Source: a virus (taxonomy: Duplodnaviria; Caudoviricetes). From it: DNA of 64,000 bases. The DNA lies in the IMG/VR virus record IMGVR_UViG_3300024259_000011; one strand, 5' to 3'. A model generated the notes under the pieces. That model saw only the letters and a list, made by a program, of their open reading frames with translations, was not told where the DNA came from and ran no database searches. A program made the translations under genes and the position numbers. Shown piece after piece: positions 52,008 to 62,074 of the stretch (its first letter is position 1; each line of letters starts with the position of its first letter).

Positions 52008-54617
52008 TTACCAAATTTTCCACCATGGATCATTGGCGCCATTATCGTCACCCTGACACGGATCTTCAGCGTCCATGTCGCCGGCTGCTATATCAGGCAG
52101 TTCTTCATCCAGTCCCAGAGCGCCCTCTATGGCGTCACCCACATCGCCCCAGAAACTGTCCTGAGAGTCTTCAACCACTTGTGCCACGTCCACTTCAGAG
52201 CAATCTGGCTCTTCGGTAGGTGCCGCTCCTGCGCCGCTGCTAACCCAAGTACATTCCAGCGTAGTATCGTACGCTCCACCGCGTTTTATCGCCGAGTTGA
52301 CTTTGATAACTTGAAAATATCCGCCCAATCCCAAACGGAACGCAATGGAGTTTCGTGTAGAAGGGTTGCCCACGCCATATGGGGGATTCACATAGACATA
52401 TTGTCCCGGGAAATGAATGTTGTTCCCGACCATCTTCAGCTTGGCGTTATAAAGCTCACGCAAGTTGGACAAGGCACCTTCTTCTGTCTGTCTAGCTTCC
52501 TTGAGCCCCTGAATGTCTGACTTGTCGAAACTGATGCTCTTGATCAGTCCGCTATCCTGTCCAATAAAGTAATGATTAATGCCTCGCTTCTCGTCGGCGG
52601 CTTGGTCACCGACTAGCCCGCCCGGATCGCCCGTTTGCATGTAATAGAGTGCATATGTAAAGCCCGGATCTTGTGGGTTAACATCTTCCCCGATCTTTGC
52701 CATTATCGCTTCGGGCGTTGGGCGTGTACCGTGAGGAGTGAGAACATCAGTTGCCGCTTTGACTGTGAAGACGGCTTGAGACACATCTCCTGTCTGGTTT
52801 GGAGCATTCGGGAAGCACTTGGGCTGGAGAGCCGGCTTAATGAGGCACTGCATGACATCCATGAGAAACCTTCTAACTGGGTAGTTATCTTTCTCTGGTT
52901 CAATAACCTTTTCATTCCAGAACTTCAGAAACAGAGTGTAGGAAATGGGGATATCGCACAAAGCAATCCGCACAAGCTTTTTGGTTCTGGGATCTGTGAA
53001 CTGAGCCGGTCCTAAGATGATAGCCATGTTCTCAAGTTCGGCTGCTTTGCTGTCCGGATTGAAAGACAAACATGCCTGCTCAACAATGTCGCCTAGGAAA
53101 CAAAAATAAATGTCATCATCGTCTACATCTGACGGGTCTGCATCTTCGGCTTCTGCTTCCGGGTTACTGAACCAGCCTTGATCGCCGATTGTGATAGTCG
53201 CGACCCCGCCCCACTGGCTGTCACTGGAGAGCGTTGGGCGCTTGCCCTCTTTGTTCTCTTGCCATTCTTCGAGGAAGCCATTGTCTAAATCTAAGTGTCG
53301 GATTTTGCCGCTAAGAGCGTCTGTGAAGCTGGCGTATGCTGCAGCCCTGTTAGTGTCTTTTAGTTCTGCTATTATCTCCCGTAGTTCTTCTGCTTCCTCG
53401 CCGGCATCTTCCGCCTCTTCATCAAGATCTTCGATGTCGCCTTCTGATGCATTTTGTTCGCTAGCACATGCTTGAGCGTCTTCGACATTTTCTATGTGCC
53501 CCTCTAACGCCTCTAGCTCCGCCTCGACATCTTCTATATTTCGGCTATCAACACCAATGCCCGCGAAGCCGGCACTCACCGTAGCATCTCCGCTGCCGCC
53601 GCCGGGAAAAAGAATATCTGCCGCCTTCGATTCCAGAGCGGCTTCCATTGCACCAACATACTCCACCGTCACGTCGCACGATCCGTCCTCCTTGATTTTA
53701 ACCTCATGTTGAATAAGATTAAGGTACATCTCCAGATTCATATTCTTTAGTATCTTAATCAGCTTTGCATCTTCTAGGTGGGTCCGGACACCTTCATCGA
53801 TTGCCCAACCGACGTTGGCTAAGACCCTATAATATCTTGGATCATATTCTTCGGCGCCAGTCTTGCCCCTGTTTCCACCCTCCGGGTGCAGGATTAACTC
53901 TAAAAAGCTGGGGTTAGTGCCCGGGACATAGTTATCTCCCGCTGCGGCTATCGAATCAAAGTCTCCCACTAAATCTTTCATAGACTGGAAGTGCATTGTC
54001 ATTTTTACACCAATGACTTTCTCACCTTCTGCCGGGTTTGTACCCGCGAACTCCCACTTAAATTCTTTTATACCGGCGCCGCCTGCACGACCGCCGGCAT
54101 CTGTTGTTAGGTCTGAGAGCCTTGACTCATCAGTAAAACCTTTGAACTTGAACTCCCGGCGGGTAGATTCACCGCCATCGGCTGCAGGTGTGACTCTCCA
54201 CAGTCTTACTTGTGGCTGCAATACAGCCTTTTGCCATGGCTTGATCCGAGTGAATGGCGCCATGCCATCCCGCTTCAAGACACCCGACAATACATCGTGA
54301 ACGGTATTCTCGGCGCTAGCAGCAAGAGCATGAAAATTCTTATAATGACACTGCTCATTTAGTCCAGCAAGAATATCTACATAATCTATTAGGAAACATT
54401 GATGATCAAAGGTTAGTTTATCTTGCTCGGGCTCTGCCTCAGATGTAGCATCGGCAGGGTCTGTTCCAGCAGCAGCAGCATCCTCGCCCGCAGTAGTGCC
54501 ATCGGTAGCTGCAGATGGATCTGCGCTAGCGGCATCAGCGGAATCCGTTCCGGAAGCGCCACCATCTTCAGTGGCGGCTTCGGCGGGATCTGTTTCTGGG
54601 ACTTCGGGATCTGCCAT
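52008..54617 (-). CDS. Baseplate hub protein (gp27/late control D-like), putative
   Basis: Position after the LysM/gp53-like gene; C-terminal NAKLKMVGN...PG..VYV...LGLGGYFQVIKV.....YDTTLEC. Confidence 0.6.
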   Translation of the reverse strand: MADPEVPETDPAEAATEDGGASGTDSADAASADPSAATDGTTAGEDAAAAGTDPADATSEAEPEQDKLTFDHQCFLIDYVDILAGLNEQCHYKNFHALAASAENTVHDVLSGVLKRDGMAPFTRIKPWQKAVLQPQVRLWRVTPAADGGESTRREFKFKGFTDESRLSDLTTDAGGRAGGAGIKEFKWEFAGTNPAEGEKVIGVKMTMHFQSMKDLVGDFDSIAAAGDNYVPGTNPSFLELILHPEGGNRGKTGAEEYDPRYYRVLANVGWAIDEGVRTHLEDAKLIKILKNMNLEMYLNLIQHEVKIKEDGSCDVTVEYVGAMEAALESKAADILFPGGGSGDATVSAGFAGIGVDSRNIEDVEAELEALEGHIENVEDAQACASEQNASEGDIEDLDEEAEDAGEEAEELREIIAELKDTNRAAAYASFTDALSGKIRHLDLDNGFLEEWQENKEGKRPTLSSDSQWGGVATITIGDQGWFSNPEAEAEDADPSDVDDDDIYFCFLGDIVEQACLSFNPDSKAAELENMAIILGPAQFTDPRTKKLVRIALCDIPISYTLFLKFWNEKVIEPEKDNYPVRRFLMDVMQCLIKPALQPKCFPNAPNQTGDVSQAVFTVKAATDVLTPHGTRPTPEAIMAKIGEDVNPQDPGFTYALYYMQTGDPGGLVGDQAADEKRGINHYFIGQDSGLIKSISFDKSDIQGLKEARQTEEGALSNLRELYNAKLKMVGNNIHFPGQYVYVNPPYGVGNPSTRNSIAFRLGLGGYFQVIKVNSAIKRGGAYDTTLECTWVSSGAGAAPTEEPDCSEVDVAQVVEDSQDSFWGDVGDAIEGALGLDEELPDIAAGDMDAEDPCQGDDNGANDPWWKIW

Positions 54618-54623
54618 ACAACA

Positions 54624-54962
54624 TTAACCTTTCAAGTATTTTAGCACAGAGTTTAAAGGCATTGGGATATGGATCGTATCTCCCATTTTAATATGAGATT
54701 CCGTTGGCTTTTTATTAAACCATGCAATAACCCACCACAATTCTGACTCTCCGTAATATTGGTGAGCGAGTTTCCAGTACTGATCTCCTGTCTTCCACAA
54801 ATGAGACACGCGATCAATGGTCGCCGAGATTTGTTCGGGTGAAGGGTAGGACATATAGGGTGTATTGTATTGACGAATGCGACGAAGACCGCGCTTCTCC
54901 AGCATCTCTGCGTAAAAGCGACTAGAATTTGTGATCACTCGCCTGCTATCATATCTTGCCAT
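54624..54962 (-). CDS. LysM-like baseplate/tail protein (gp53/X-like)
   Basis: WKTGD.YWKLA..YYG...LWWVIA.FN......G..I.IP. Confidence 0.75.
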   Translation of the reverse strand: MARYDSRRVITNSSRFYAEMLEKRGLRRIRQYNTPYMSYPSPEQISATIDRVSHLWKTGDQYWKLAHQYYGESELWWVIAWFNKKPTESHIKMGDTIHIPMPLNSVLKYLKG

Positions 54963-54985
54963 ATCTTTTTATTCAACTCCTTTTG

Positions 54986-55765
54986 TTAGCCGCCGGTTGG
55001 TTCCAGCGGTAAGTCTACTCCCGGTGTGCCTGGGGGAGCCGGCTCTGATGTAGGGTCTGTTGTCCCACCGCCAGCGCCGGCGGCTGTACCTCTCGCATTG
55101 TAGGGGAAGTTCCCTGCACCGCCGCCGCGACCGAAGCCCATTTGGTCGCCACCGGAGGCATTCTCAGCAGACCAACCCATCATGTGTGTGTGCAGGACTG
55201 TGAACTCAGCCGACAAAGTGAGCTTCAAGGGATAAAATATTCCCGGGTCTTCGTCAACGATGCCCGATTCAAAGTCTGGCTCAAAAGTAAATCCACCGAT
55301 GTAACCAATCAGCCCGGAGGTCTTTGCGTCAGAAGCAGCGGAGTTCGGTCCAGCCTCAACGTTGTGAGCAAAGTTTCCAAACTTAAACTTGAATACGGGA
55401 GACGAAGCAATAGTCTGGGAGTCTCCTCCTCCGCCTTTCGAGTATGACGGGTACAACATAGACATCAGCGTTTCACATTTTGTCATGTTTAGCTTTGCCT
55501 CTGCAATGCTTGCCGAAACAACGTCCCACTCGACGCTAATCTGTCGGGCAGTGCCTTGGAACGCAGAGATGGGATCCATACGACCATACACTGACTCGCT
55601 GTTCCATTCTGACGTATACTGATCTGAGAAGCTGTTAACCATCGCCTTAAACACGACTGATTTCTGGCTAGGAACGTGAAAGAATTCCAGCACCATAAGC
55701 TTGTCTATTGCAAGCTTACCTGTGCCATCTATATCAGCTCCAAATCGTCCAGAATATATTGACAT
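54986..55765 (-). CDS. Tail-tube initiator/baseplate protein (gp48/54-like)
   Basis: FSDQY..EW....VYGRMDP...F..T.R.I; directly after the tape measure gene. Confidence 0.65.
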   Translation of the reverse strand: MSIYSGRFGADIDGTGKLAIDKLMVLEFFHVPSQKSVVFKAMVNSFSDQYTSEWNSESVYGRMDPISAFQGTARQISVEWDVVSASIAEAKLNMTKCETLMSMLYPSYSKGGGGDSQTIASSPVFKFKFGNFAHNVEAGPNSAASDAKTSGLIGYIGGFTFEPDFESGIVDEDPGIFYPLKLTLSAEFTVLHTHMMGWSAENASGGDQMGFGRGGGAGNFPYNARGTAAGAGGGTTDPTSEPAPPGTPGVDLPLEPTGG

Positions 55766-55829
55766 ATACAACGTCCTCCCTATTCTTTATCTTCCCTATA
55801 ACTAGTCCATTCTATAAGAAGTTTCGTTA

Positions 55830-58800
55830 TTAGAAGCCCTTCAAACCATGCTTGCTGTCGATTGCGGCGTTAACGGCTCTTGCGAATTCATCGCCGTCAA
55901 GCTCCAAAACAATGTCTTGCCCCTTCTTCTCTTTTGAGCCACCGGAAGAGCGCTGTTCGCCCATCACTTGCCTAAGCGCCTCAACAAAGGCGTCCTTGGA
56001 TGGATCCTTCATCGCTTTTTGAGCAGAAGCATACTCTCTCGCAGCCTTTGCCATACCCTCGACGTTTTCTACGACCTCTGGGGTTAACTGCACCGAAGAA
56101 TCAATAAGGTTTGCTAAGCTGTCTGCAGTCACGTTGAAACTCAAGGCTTTTGTTTCCGGAATGGAATCAAGAGCGCGACCAATAGCCCAAATACCCCATG
56201 CCATGTCCCACAAGATATCCCCAACAGAGTCCATGTCGGTTAAGACCGCAAGTCCTTGAAAGATCTGCCCTAAGGCAACTGCTTTTTCTGTGGAGAGGGT
56301 TCCCATTGCGGCGCCGAATGCGTGCAATGCTTTTGTGAGATGTCTGATTCCAGTGTCAAACCATGGTACCATCGCGTATATACCAAGCTTCCATAAGCCC
56401 CAGCCAAGTGTAGGTAACGCTCTTCCTAAGGCTATTAGTCCCTCTGCCATGGGCTTCATCCTGTCAACGAAGGGTGCCATGACTCCGATGGCGCGACCAA
56501 ATAACATGAGTGGCAGCGCAAGGATCATCATGGCTGGAGCCACCAGGAGGGCACCAATAAAGAATGGCATGCCCGCCAGCATGAGCAGACCGCCGGCGAT
56601 ATAGATGCCGAAAGCGAACGCAGCGAGAGCAACACCCAGACCACTTAGAGCTTCAAAGTCCATAGCCATCCACGGTGCCACACCCATTGCCAACCAAAGC
56701 AAGCCGATACCGGCGGTCATGCCACCGATCATGAGCATCGGACCTGAGAACATTAGCCAGAAGCCTGTGCTCAAAAAGCCGTCAGTCATCGCATCTAGAG
56801 TCTTTCCAAGTGTCGCCAGCTTCGCGAAGTCCATGGACATCCATGGCTTAACCCCCATCCAAAGCAAGAGCAAGCCTGCCGTTGCGGGAATCGCGCCCCA
56901 CATCAAAAAGTACCCACCAATAAGTAGAGCGATGCCGGCGGGGATGAGCAGCCAGCCAAACGCTATCAAAGAGGCGCCGAGTTCAAGCATGTTCTCAAAC
57001 CCTATTTTCTTAAACGCATTAATACCTTTAGCTAGGACCAGTAACCCTGCGCCTAAAATCAGCGCGGCGACACCGACCAAGGTGCCACCCCAAAGGAAAG
57101 GAACAGCGGCATACATCAAGCCGATACCAAACACATATAACATAAAGGTCAGCTTGAACATTGCCTCAAACATCCCGCGCTTGGTGAAGCCTTCGATACC
57201 TTTAGCCAGCATTTGCAGACCAAAGCCCAAGAGCAGTGCTGGAATGCCGATCAACATGGCGCCAAGGAAGAACGGAATAGCGGCATACATCAATCCGTAA
57301 CCGAAAAGAACCAACATGAAGGTCAGCCCAAGCATTGCCTCAAACATTCCTCGTTTAGTGAAGCCTTCAATACCTTTAGCCAACGCTTGCAATCCGAAGC
57401 CCAACAGCAGGGCACCTATGCCCACTAAGCCGGCACCAAAGATGAATGGTATAGCAGCATACATCAGAGCGTAGCCAAAGGGAATGAGAGCAAGACCAAG
57501 ACCAATCATCATCATAATCGGGAAGTCGTCGATGCCCTCTTTAAGAGCCTTGAACCCTTGCCCCAAGAACCAAGCTGCGATACCAAAGACAAGAGCAGCG
57601 CCAGACAACTGTAGCAAGCCCATGGCAACGGGAGCCATCATTGGCGCAACTGGCGCTAAGATGGCGACGAACATAGCGATACCCATTGCCAACATCGGGA
57701 GCGCGACCATAGATGCAGCACCAAATGCTATCAAGCCAAGCAGTGCCGGCGCGATTGCCTCGGGCATTTCCATAAACGCGATAACCAGTTCCTTAAGGGA
57801 CCAGACGAGCACCGCAATAGCAAGGAACGGCGCAGCAATAGCCAAAGCCAAGCCGCCGATGGCGAAGCCTAGGGCAACAATGGCAGGAATCAGAGGGGCA
57901 GCAGCAATAGAAACTTCAACAAGACCAACTGCCAAGGCAGTCATCTTGGGGGCTGCTTCAAGAGACTCGTCGCCGGCTTCATCTGTTGCAATGGCTAGAG
58001 TTCCAGTAGCTGCAGCGAGACCGCTAGTTAATAAGGTTCGCATAAATGTCAGAGCCAGCTTTCCAGATTCAAATATAGCCATCATCTGTGATCTATAATG
58101 AATTGCTGCCATAACTCCCAGCAAAGTGATAAGGACTGGAACCAGAAAACCGCCCATCAGATCATTCAACTGTAAGAAGCCGTCCAAGAGGAAGTGAATA
58201 GCACCAACAATCGGAGCAACCGCTACTGCGAACTGCTCCATGATGCGTGTAAGTTTGTCCTGCATGTTAGCTGCAGCAGCGGCACGTTCTTCTAGCTTCT
58301 TCTGTGCCTCAGCGTTGTCCTCGACTTTTGATTGTGCTTTGTCATATTCCGAAAGGCTCTGTCCGAAAAGTTTATTAGCTTCTGTCATGTCTGAGACGCC
58401 TGCTGCATTAGCAACGGCGATTCTCTCAAACTTGTTCATGCTCGACCAACTCTTGCCGGAAAGCTGAATAGATTGAATCAGTAGGCGCACCCTCTCCTCT
58501 TCCGAGGCGTTCAAGAGTTCCATGGAGTCAAGCACACCGCCGCCGAGAATAGCATTAAGCTTTCCGGCTGATTGCGCTGCGCCCTCGAATGTATCAAACT
58601 GGGTAGTGATACCAAGAAGCGCTTGCATCTCGATACCAGTAGCCTTGGCTGCTGCTGCGACTTCCTTGAACACTGTGGTTGCTTCATCGCCGTATGCGGT
58701 GAAGACATCCGAGTTCGCTGCAAAGTCTTTAGAGATCTTGCCGGCACTCACGCCCAAATCAGCAGCCATGGCAGCGAAATCTTTCTGTACTGCAATAGCC

Positions 58801-59681
58801 TGCTCAGCGGACATGCCAAGAGACTTATTAAGGATCTCGAAGTTTGCCGCCGTGGTCGCCGAGTCAATACCCAGCCCTTTTAGTTGCGCCGTTGCTTCAA
58901 CTAGTTGTCCTTGCGCCTCTTCTGTCATCTCAGTGAACTGACTCATACCGGTGTAGAGTTGCTCGACAGCTTCGCCGGCGTCTTCCATACTGACATTCCA
59001 TTCAGCGTTATGCTGCATGGTGGTCATGATCATGTCGTTGTATTCGCCAGTACCATTAGTAAGCTTATTGACTGAAGCGAATTGCTTGTCGGCGGAAATC
59101 ACCATAGCCGCCGTTGCCTCTTGGACCTTCATCAAAGATGAGCCTAGCATGTTGGCGATGCTAAACTGCTCAGCAAGAGCGCTTGTCACCGCTTGCATGG
59201 AGCCTTCGATGCCACCGTCTAAGAATGCCCCGAAAAGCCCAGAGCGCCAGTCAGCGGATACGCCAGTGAGCGTCTTTGCATACGATTGTGCGAGTCCAGC
59301 AGCCTTTCCTTGCGCCTTGATTTGCCCTTGAATGGCTTCAAGCTTGTCTAACTCAAACTGGAGCGTTGCTTTAATCGCCGGGTCTGTCGCAGCCTTAATC
59401 TTCGCTTCAAGAATCGCCTGTTCTTGTTGGTTTTCAAGTTCTTTGAGGCGCAGATTAGCCTTGGTCATCTGACCTTGCTTCTTAGCTTGATCTAAGTTCT
59501 TCTTGATCGTTTGCGCGTACTTCTCAAGCTGTTCGTATTCGGCGTTTGCACCAGCCATGGACGCAACCAAGGCTGGACCCATCTCTTTGAACGCCTTGGT
59601 GATGTCAGCCGCACTCATCCCCATCTTGTCCAGCATGGAGGCAGCTTGTTTCAGTTGATTTGGATCTGGGGTATCAGCCAT
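55830..59681 (-). CDS. Tail tape measure protein
   Basis: 1283 aa, A/G/L/M-rich helical with hydrophobic repeats; located after tube and chaperone genes. Confidence 0.85.
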   Translation of the reverse strand: MADTPDPNQLKQAASMLDKMGMSAADITKAFKEMGPALVASMAGANAEYEQLEKYAQTIKKNLDQAKKQGQMTKANLRLKELENQQEQAILEAKIKAATDPAIKATLQFELDKLEAIQGQIKAQGKAAGLAQSYAKTLTGVSADWRSGLFGAFLDGGIEGSMQAVTSALAEQFSIANMLGSSLMKVQEATAAMVISADKQFASVNKLTNGTGEYNDMIMTTMQHNAEWNVSMEDAGEAVEQLYTGMSQFTEMTEEAQGQLVEATAQLKGLGIDSATTAANFEILNKSLGMSAEQAIAVQKDFAAMAADLGVSAGKISKDFAANSDVFTAYGDEATTVFKEVAAAAKATGIEMQALLGITTQFDTFEGAAQSAGKLNAILGGGVLDSMELLNASEEERVRLLIQSIQLSGKSWSSMNKFERIAVANAAGVSDMTEANKLFGQSLSEYDKAQSKVEDNAEAQKKLEERAAAAANMQDKLTRIMEQFAVAVAPIVGAIHFLLDGFLQLNDLMGGFLVPVLITLLGVMAAIHYRSQMMAIFESGKLALTFMRTLLTSGLAAATGTLAIATDEAGDESLEAAPKMTALAVGLVEVSIAAAPLIPAIVALGFAIGGLALAIAAPFLAIAVLVWSLKELVIAFMEMPEAIAPALLGLIAFGAASMVALPMLAMGIAMFVAILAPVAPMMAPVAMGLLQLSGAALVFGIAAWFLGQGFKALKEGIDDFPIMMMIGLGLALIPFGYALMYAAIPFIFGAGLVGIGALLLGFGLQALAKGIEGFTKRGMFEAMLGLTFMLVLFGYGLMYAAIPFFLGAMLIGIPALLLGFGLQMLAKGIEGFTKRGMFEAMFKLTFMLYVFGIGLMYAAVPFLWGGTLVGVAALILGAGLLVLAKGINAFKKIGFENMLELGASLIAFGWLLIPAGIALLIGGYFLMWGAIPATAGLLLLWMGVKPWMSMDFAKLATLGKTLDAMTDGFLSTGFWLMFSGPMLMIGGMTAGIGLLWLAMGVAPWMAMDFEALSGLGVALAAFAFGIYIAGGLLMLAGMPFFIGALLVAPAMMILALPLMLFGRAIGVMAPFVDRMKPMAEGLIALGRALPTLGWGLWKLGIYAMVPWFDTGIRHLTKALHAFGAAMGTLSTEKAVALGQIFQGLAVLTDMDSVGDILWDMAWGIWAIGRALDSIPETKALSFNVTADSLANLIDSSVQLTPEVVENVEGMAKAAREYASAQKAMKDPSKDAFVEALRQVMGEQRSSGGSKEKKGQDIVLELDGDEFARAVNAAIDSKHGLKGF

Positions 59682-59712
59682 TTGTTAGCGATCTCCTTAG
59701 GGGGTTCTCGGC

Positions 59713-60048
59713 TTACTTAAATGGCCAATCGATGCCCGTACTGCGCTCAAACTTTTTCACTGCGCCACGGAGCGCGTACTTACTACGATACGTGCGTGGA
59801 TCATCCAAGCCGTATTTCGCATAATCTTTGTAATATCTTTTTTCACCTGCCAGAGTGCGAGCAAAATCTTTTACTTGCCTCTTGTTGCCACGCACAACCA
59901 AAGGCACTTTCGCGCCACCGAACATGCGTTGCATGATCATTTTGATGCCGCCACCAAACATCGACAAAAAACTTTCGTTCATTTCGCCATTCTCGGCTGC
60001 GCCCAAGTCAATAATAATAGGAGCCAAGTCGCCGTTGTCTTCCATGGA
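59713..60048 (-). CDS. Hypothetical late protein
   Basis: GGAGG RBS before ATG 60048 (track start 60078 also possible). Confidence 0.7.
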   Translation of the reverse strand, partial: SMEDNGDLAPIIIDLGAAENGEMNESFLSMFGGGIKMIMQRMFGGAKVPLVVRGNKRQVKDFARTLAGEKRYYKDYAKYGLDDPRTYRSKYALRGAVKKFERSTGIDWPFK

Positions 60049-60094
60049 TAGTCCTCCAGATGATTTTAATAGCATCATCAGTAAATAGTTAAGT

Positions 60095-60132
60095 AAAAAA
60101 GAAAAAGGACCGGGTTTTAATTCCGGTCCTTT
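60095..60132 (-). terminator. Intrinsic terminator
   Basis: 10-bp stem AAAGGACCGG/CCGGTCCTTT followed by TTTTTCTTTTTT on the minus strand. Confidence 0.8.
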
Positions 60133-60147
60133 AAAAAAGCAACTCAG

Positions 60148-60400
60148 CTATCTGCTGGGCTTGCTTACACTTGGCATGCTTGGTCTGCTCATGGAAGGCA
60201 TGTTGGAAGATCCCTTACCTTGGGATTTTTTCATCTGTTCTGCTTCATCTTTAAACTGCTTCTGCAATCGCTCCATGAACCAGCGGCGTAGTTTTACTGG
60301 GAGGTTATATGCCTCGATGAAACTCCAGCCTCCGTGATATTTGAGCAAGAAAAATTGTTCATATACCTGTGCTATGTACTCATGACTTAGGCCAAAAAAA
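60148..60400 (-). CDS. gp51-like/GT-like chaperone C-terminal segment, probably reached by frameshift
   Basis: FFGLSHEY...VYEQFFLLKYHGGWSFIEAYNLP..LRRWF; no convincing independent start. Confidence 0.55.
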
Positions 60401-61297
60401 GTCCGCTGTAAACGGCACCTCCATTTCCTGTTCATATCCACAAGCCTCGCATGCGAAGTGTTGTCTCAAATCATAATTCGGCATTAGTGCTGCATAAGCG
60501 CTTCTCAAAAATCGGGAATCCGATGCTGGCATTACATTCACAAATCCGTGAACGTGCTGCATTAACGAGCTTCCATTGACTGCGACGATGTATGCTCTCA
60601 TCTGATCAGTCATTTGAGTGTCATGCCCTAAAAGGTCTTTTCTAATGTTCTTGGAACCCTTCTGAGCAGCCTGCATGCTCTTAGCCATTCGAGCCTCGTC
60701 ATGACCGTTTAGCATACGGACAGTAACGACTACCTCTGACTTAGGCAAGCCGATATCAAACGTAAGATTCTCGTTCTTTGTTACGCGGTTCTGGTGTTTC
60801 TCGGCATCAAAGTGATCTGTGTCGAATCCGGTTGCTTCGCCGTTCTCTAATGTGAATTCATATTCTTGAGTGGTAGAACATGCTGGACACTGAGTCTTTG
60901 TCTTATACTCTGAACCATAGCCGGAGATTCGTGCTGCCACAAGGATAGCATTCTTGTCTCCTGTTAGTAAGTCCTCTACTTTGACGCGCTTATCAACAAT
61001 AATGTTCTGCAAGAACCGGTTGATTGCTACGCCCTTCTTGAGCAAAGCCCTAGACGTAAGAATATCCTCGTCCTTCGCGGTCATATACTTGATTTCCAGA
61101 GTGTCAATCCCGCAAAGCGGATGACCCTCGGTATAGTATGCACCGGATGATGGTAGTTCTACGAACTCGGTTGGGACTACAAAATTTAGTTGTCCCGCTG
61201 GTTGTGGGGTGGACTGCGTAGCAGCCTCTTGAACGGCGGCAGTCGCATCGGGATGTTCCCGGGCGTTTGTCCGTTCGTCGTTGTTACGACCTGACAT
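60380..61297 (-). CDS. Baseplate hub/tail assembly chaperone (gp26-like)
   Basis: VELPS.G..Y, MTAKDEDIL, L.GD.NAILV.ARI..YG, CP.C, C..CG, FTADFFWP. Confidence 0.75.
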   Translation of the reverse strand: MSGRNNDERTNAREHPDATAAVQEAATQSTPQPAGQLNFVVPTEFVELPSSGAYYTEGHPLCGIDTLEIKYMTAKDEDILTSRALLKKGVAINRFLQNIIVDKRVKVEDLLTGDKNAILVAARISGYGSEYKTKTQCPACSTTQEYEFTLENGEATGFDTDHFDAEKHQNRVTKNENLTFDIGLPKSEVVVTVRMLNGHDEARMAKSMQAAQKGSKNIRKDLLGHDTQMTDQMRAYIVAVNGSSLMQHVHGFVNVMPASDSRFLRSAYAALMPNYDLRQHFACEACGYEQEMEVPFTADFFWPKS

Positions 61298-61317
61298 TAA
61301 TCCTCCAATATGGTTTT

Positions 61318-61346
61318 AGTATATAATACTTAGTCAGTTTATTCAA
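61318..61346 (-). promoter_or_regulatory. sigma70-type promoter
   Basis: TTGAAT-17 bp-TATACT. Confidence 0.6.
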
Positions 61347-61363
61347 ATGTTTTTTTAAGATGA

Positions 61364-61972
61364 TTAGTCTCCAGTCATCTCTTTGCGAGTGTCTGTTCTC
61401 CACGTTTGGGGAACTGTACTCTTATCGGGTCCACCAAGCTCTGCCCAATCGTAGCGAACCTTAACGGTAATTTCTACGATGTCATCAGACTCATAATCAA
61501 GATCGCCAAAGCTAACTTCTTTGATCCATGCGTTTTTAAGAGCCCACGTTTCAATGGACACGGGGTCCGGTTGATCGGCGCCGGAGCCGCCACTGATCTG
61601 CTCAAGAACAAGTCCGCCCAAAGCGGCAACTGCAGACGCTTTCGTGATAGTCTGAGCGGCTTTGCCGGGGGTGTCGGGAAGCTTGTATCCGGACATGTCG
61701 ATGATCTTCAAGATGTTGAGTGCCGCATCCGGGTTAACAGGATCGACAAGAGTAAACTCGACTTCGTTGTATTCCACTCGACCCGGGTAATAGAAAGAAT
61801 GGTTGATATAACTATGCTTTACCTCTGAAACTGTAAAGGTGGGCTTAGTCACCTTCTTAATAGTCCAAGCCGGGATGTTGCCAACTTCTGATGCGATGGT
61901 GAGCAACCATCTAAATTTTCTTTTGGGTTCAGTCTTTGCGCTGCTCCAAAAATCTCCTGTGTCTCCTGCCAT
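61364..61972 (-). CDS. Tail tube protein (gp19-like)
   Basis: EPKRKFRW, YYPGR..Y..V..T..D, W.L.NAWI..V.FGDLDY; downstream of the sheath gene. Confidence 0.85.
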   Translation of the reverse strand: MAGDTGDFWSSAKTEPKRKFRWLLTIASEVGNIPAWTIKKVTKPTFTVSEVKHSYINHSFYYPGRVEYNEVEFTLVDPVNPDAALNILKIIDMSGYKLPDTPGKAAQTITKASAVAALGGLVLEQISGGSGADQPDPVSIETWALKNAWIKEVSFGDLDYESDDIVEITVKVRYDWAELGGPDKSTVPQTWRTDTRKEMTGD

Positions 61973-62044
61973 TTGTTAAATCCTCCGAATGAATTCTTCA
62001 CGAACCTCTTGTGGGTTCTTTTTCTTCTATATTAAGTAGTAATG

Positions 62045-62065
62045 CGGTCGGGAAAACCCCGACCG
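62045..62065. other. Hairpin after the sheath gene
   Basis: CGGTCGGG/CCCGACCG 8-bp stem; weak U-tract on the minus strand. Confidence 0.45.
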
Positions 62066-62074
62066 TTTTCTGGT

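Larger units (their letters stand above)
9625..62040 (-). promoter_or_regulatory. Dispersed late-type motif ACTANTTA (11 exact copies near gene starts)
   Basis: Plus-strand TAANTAGT begins at 9625, 15596, 18937, 22331, 24928, 29204, 43038, 48821, 55799, 60082, 62033; variants at 14429 and 51996. Confidence 0.65.
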
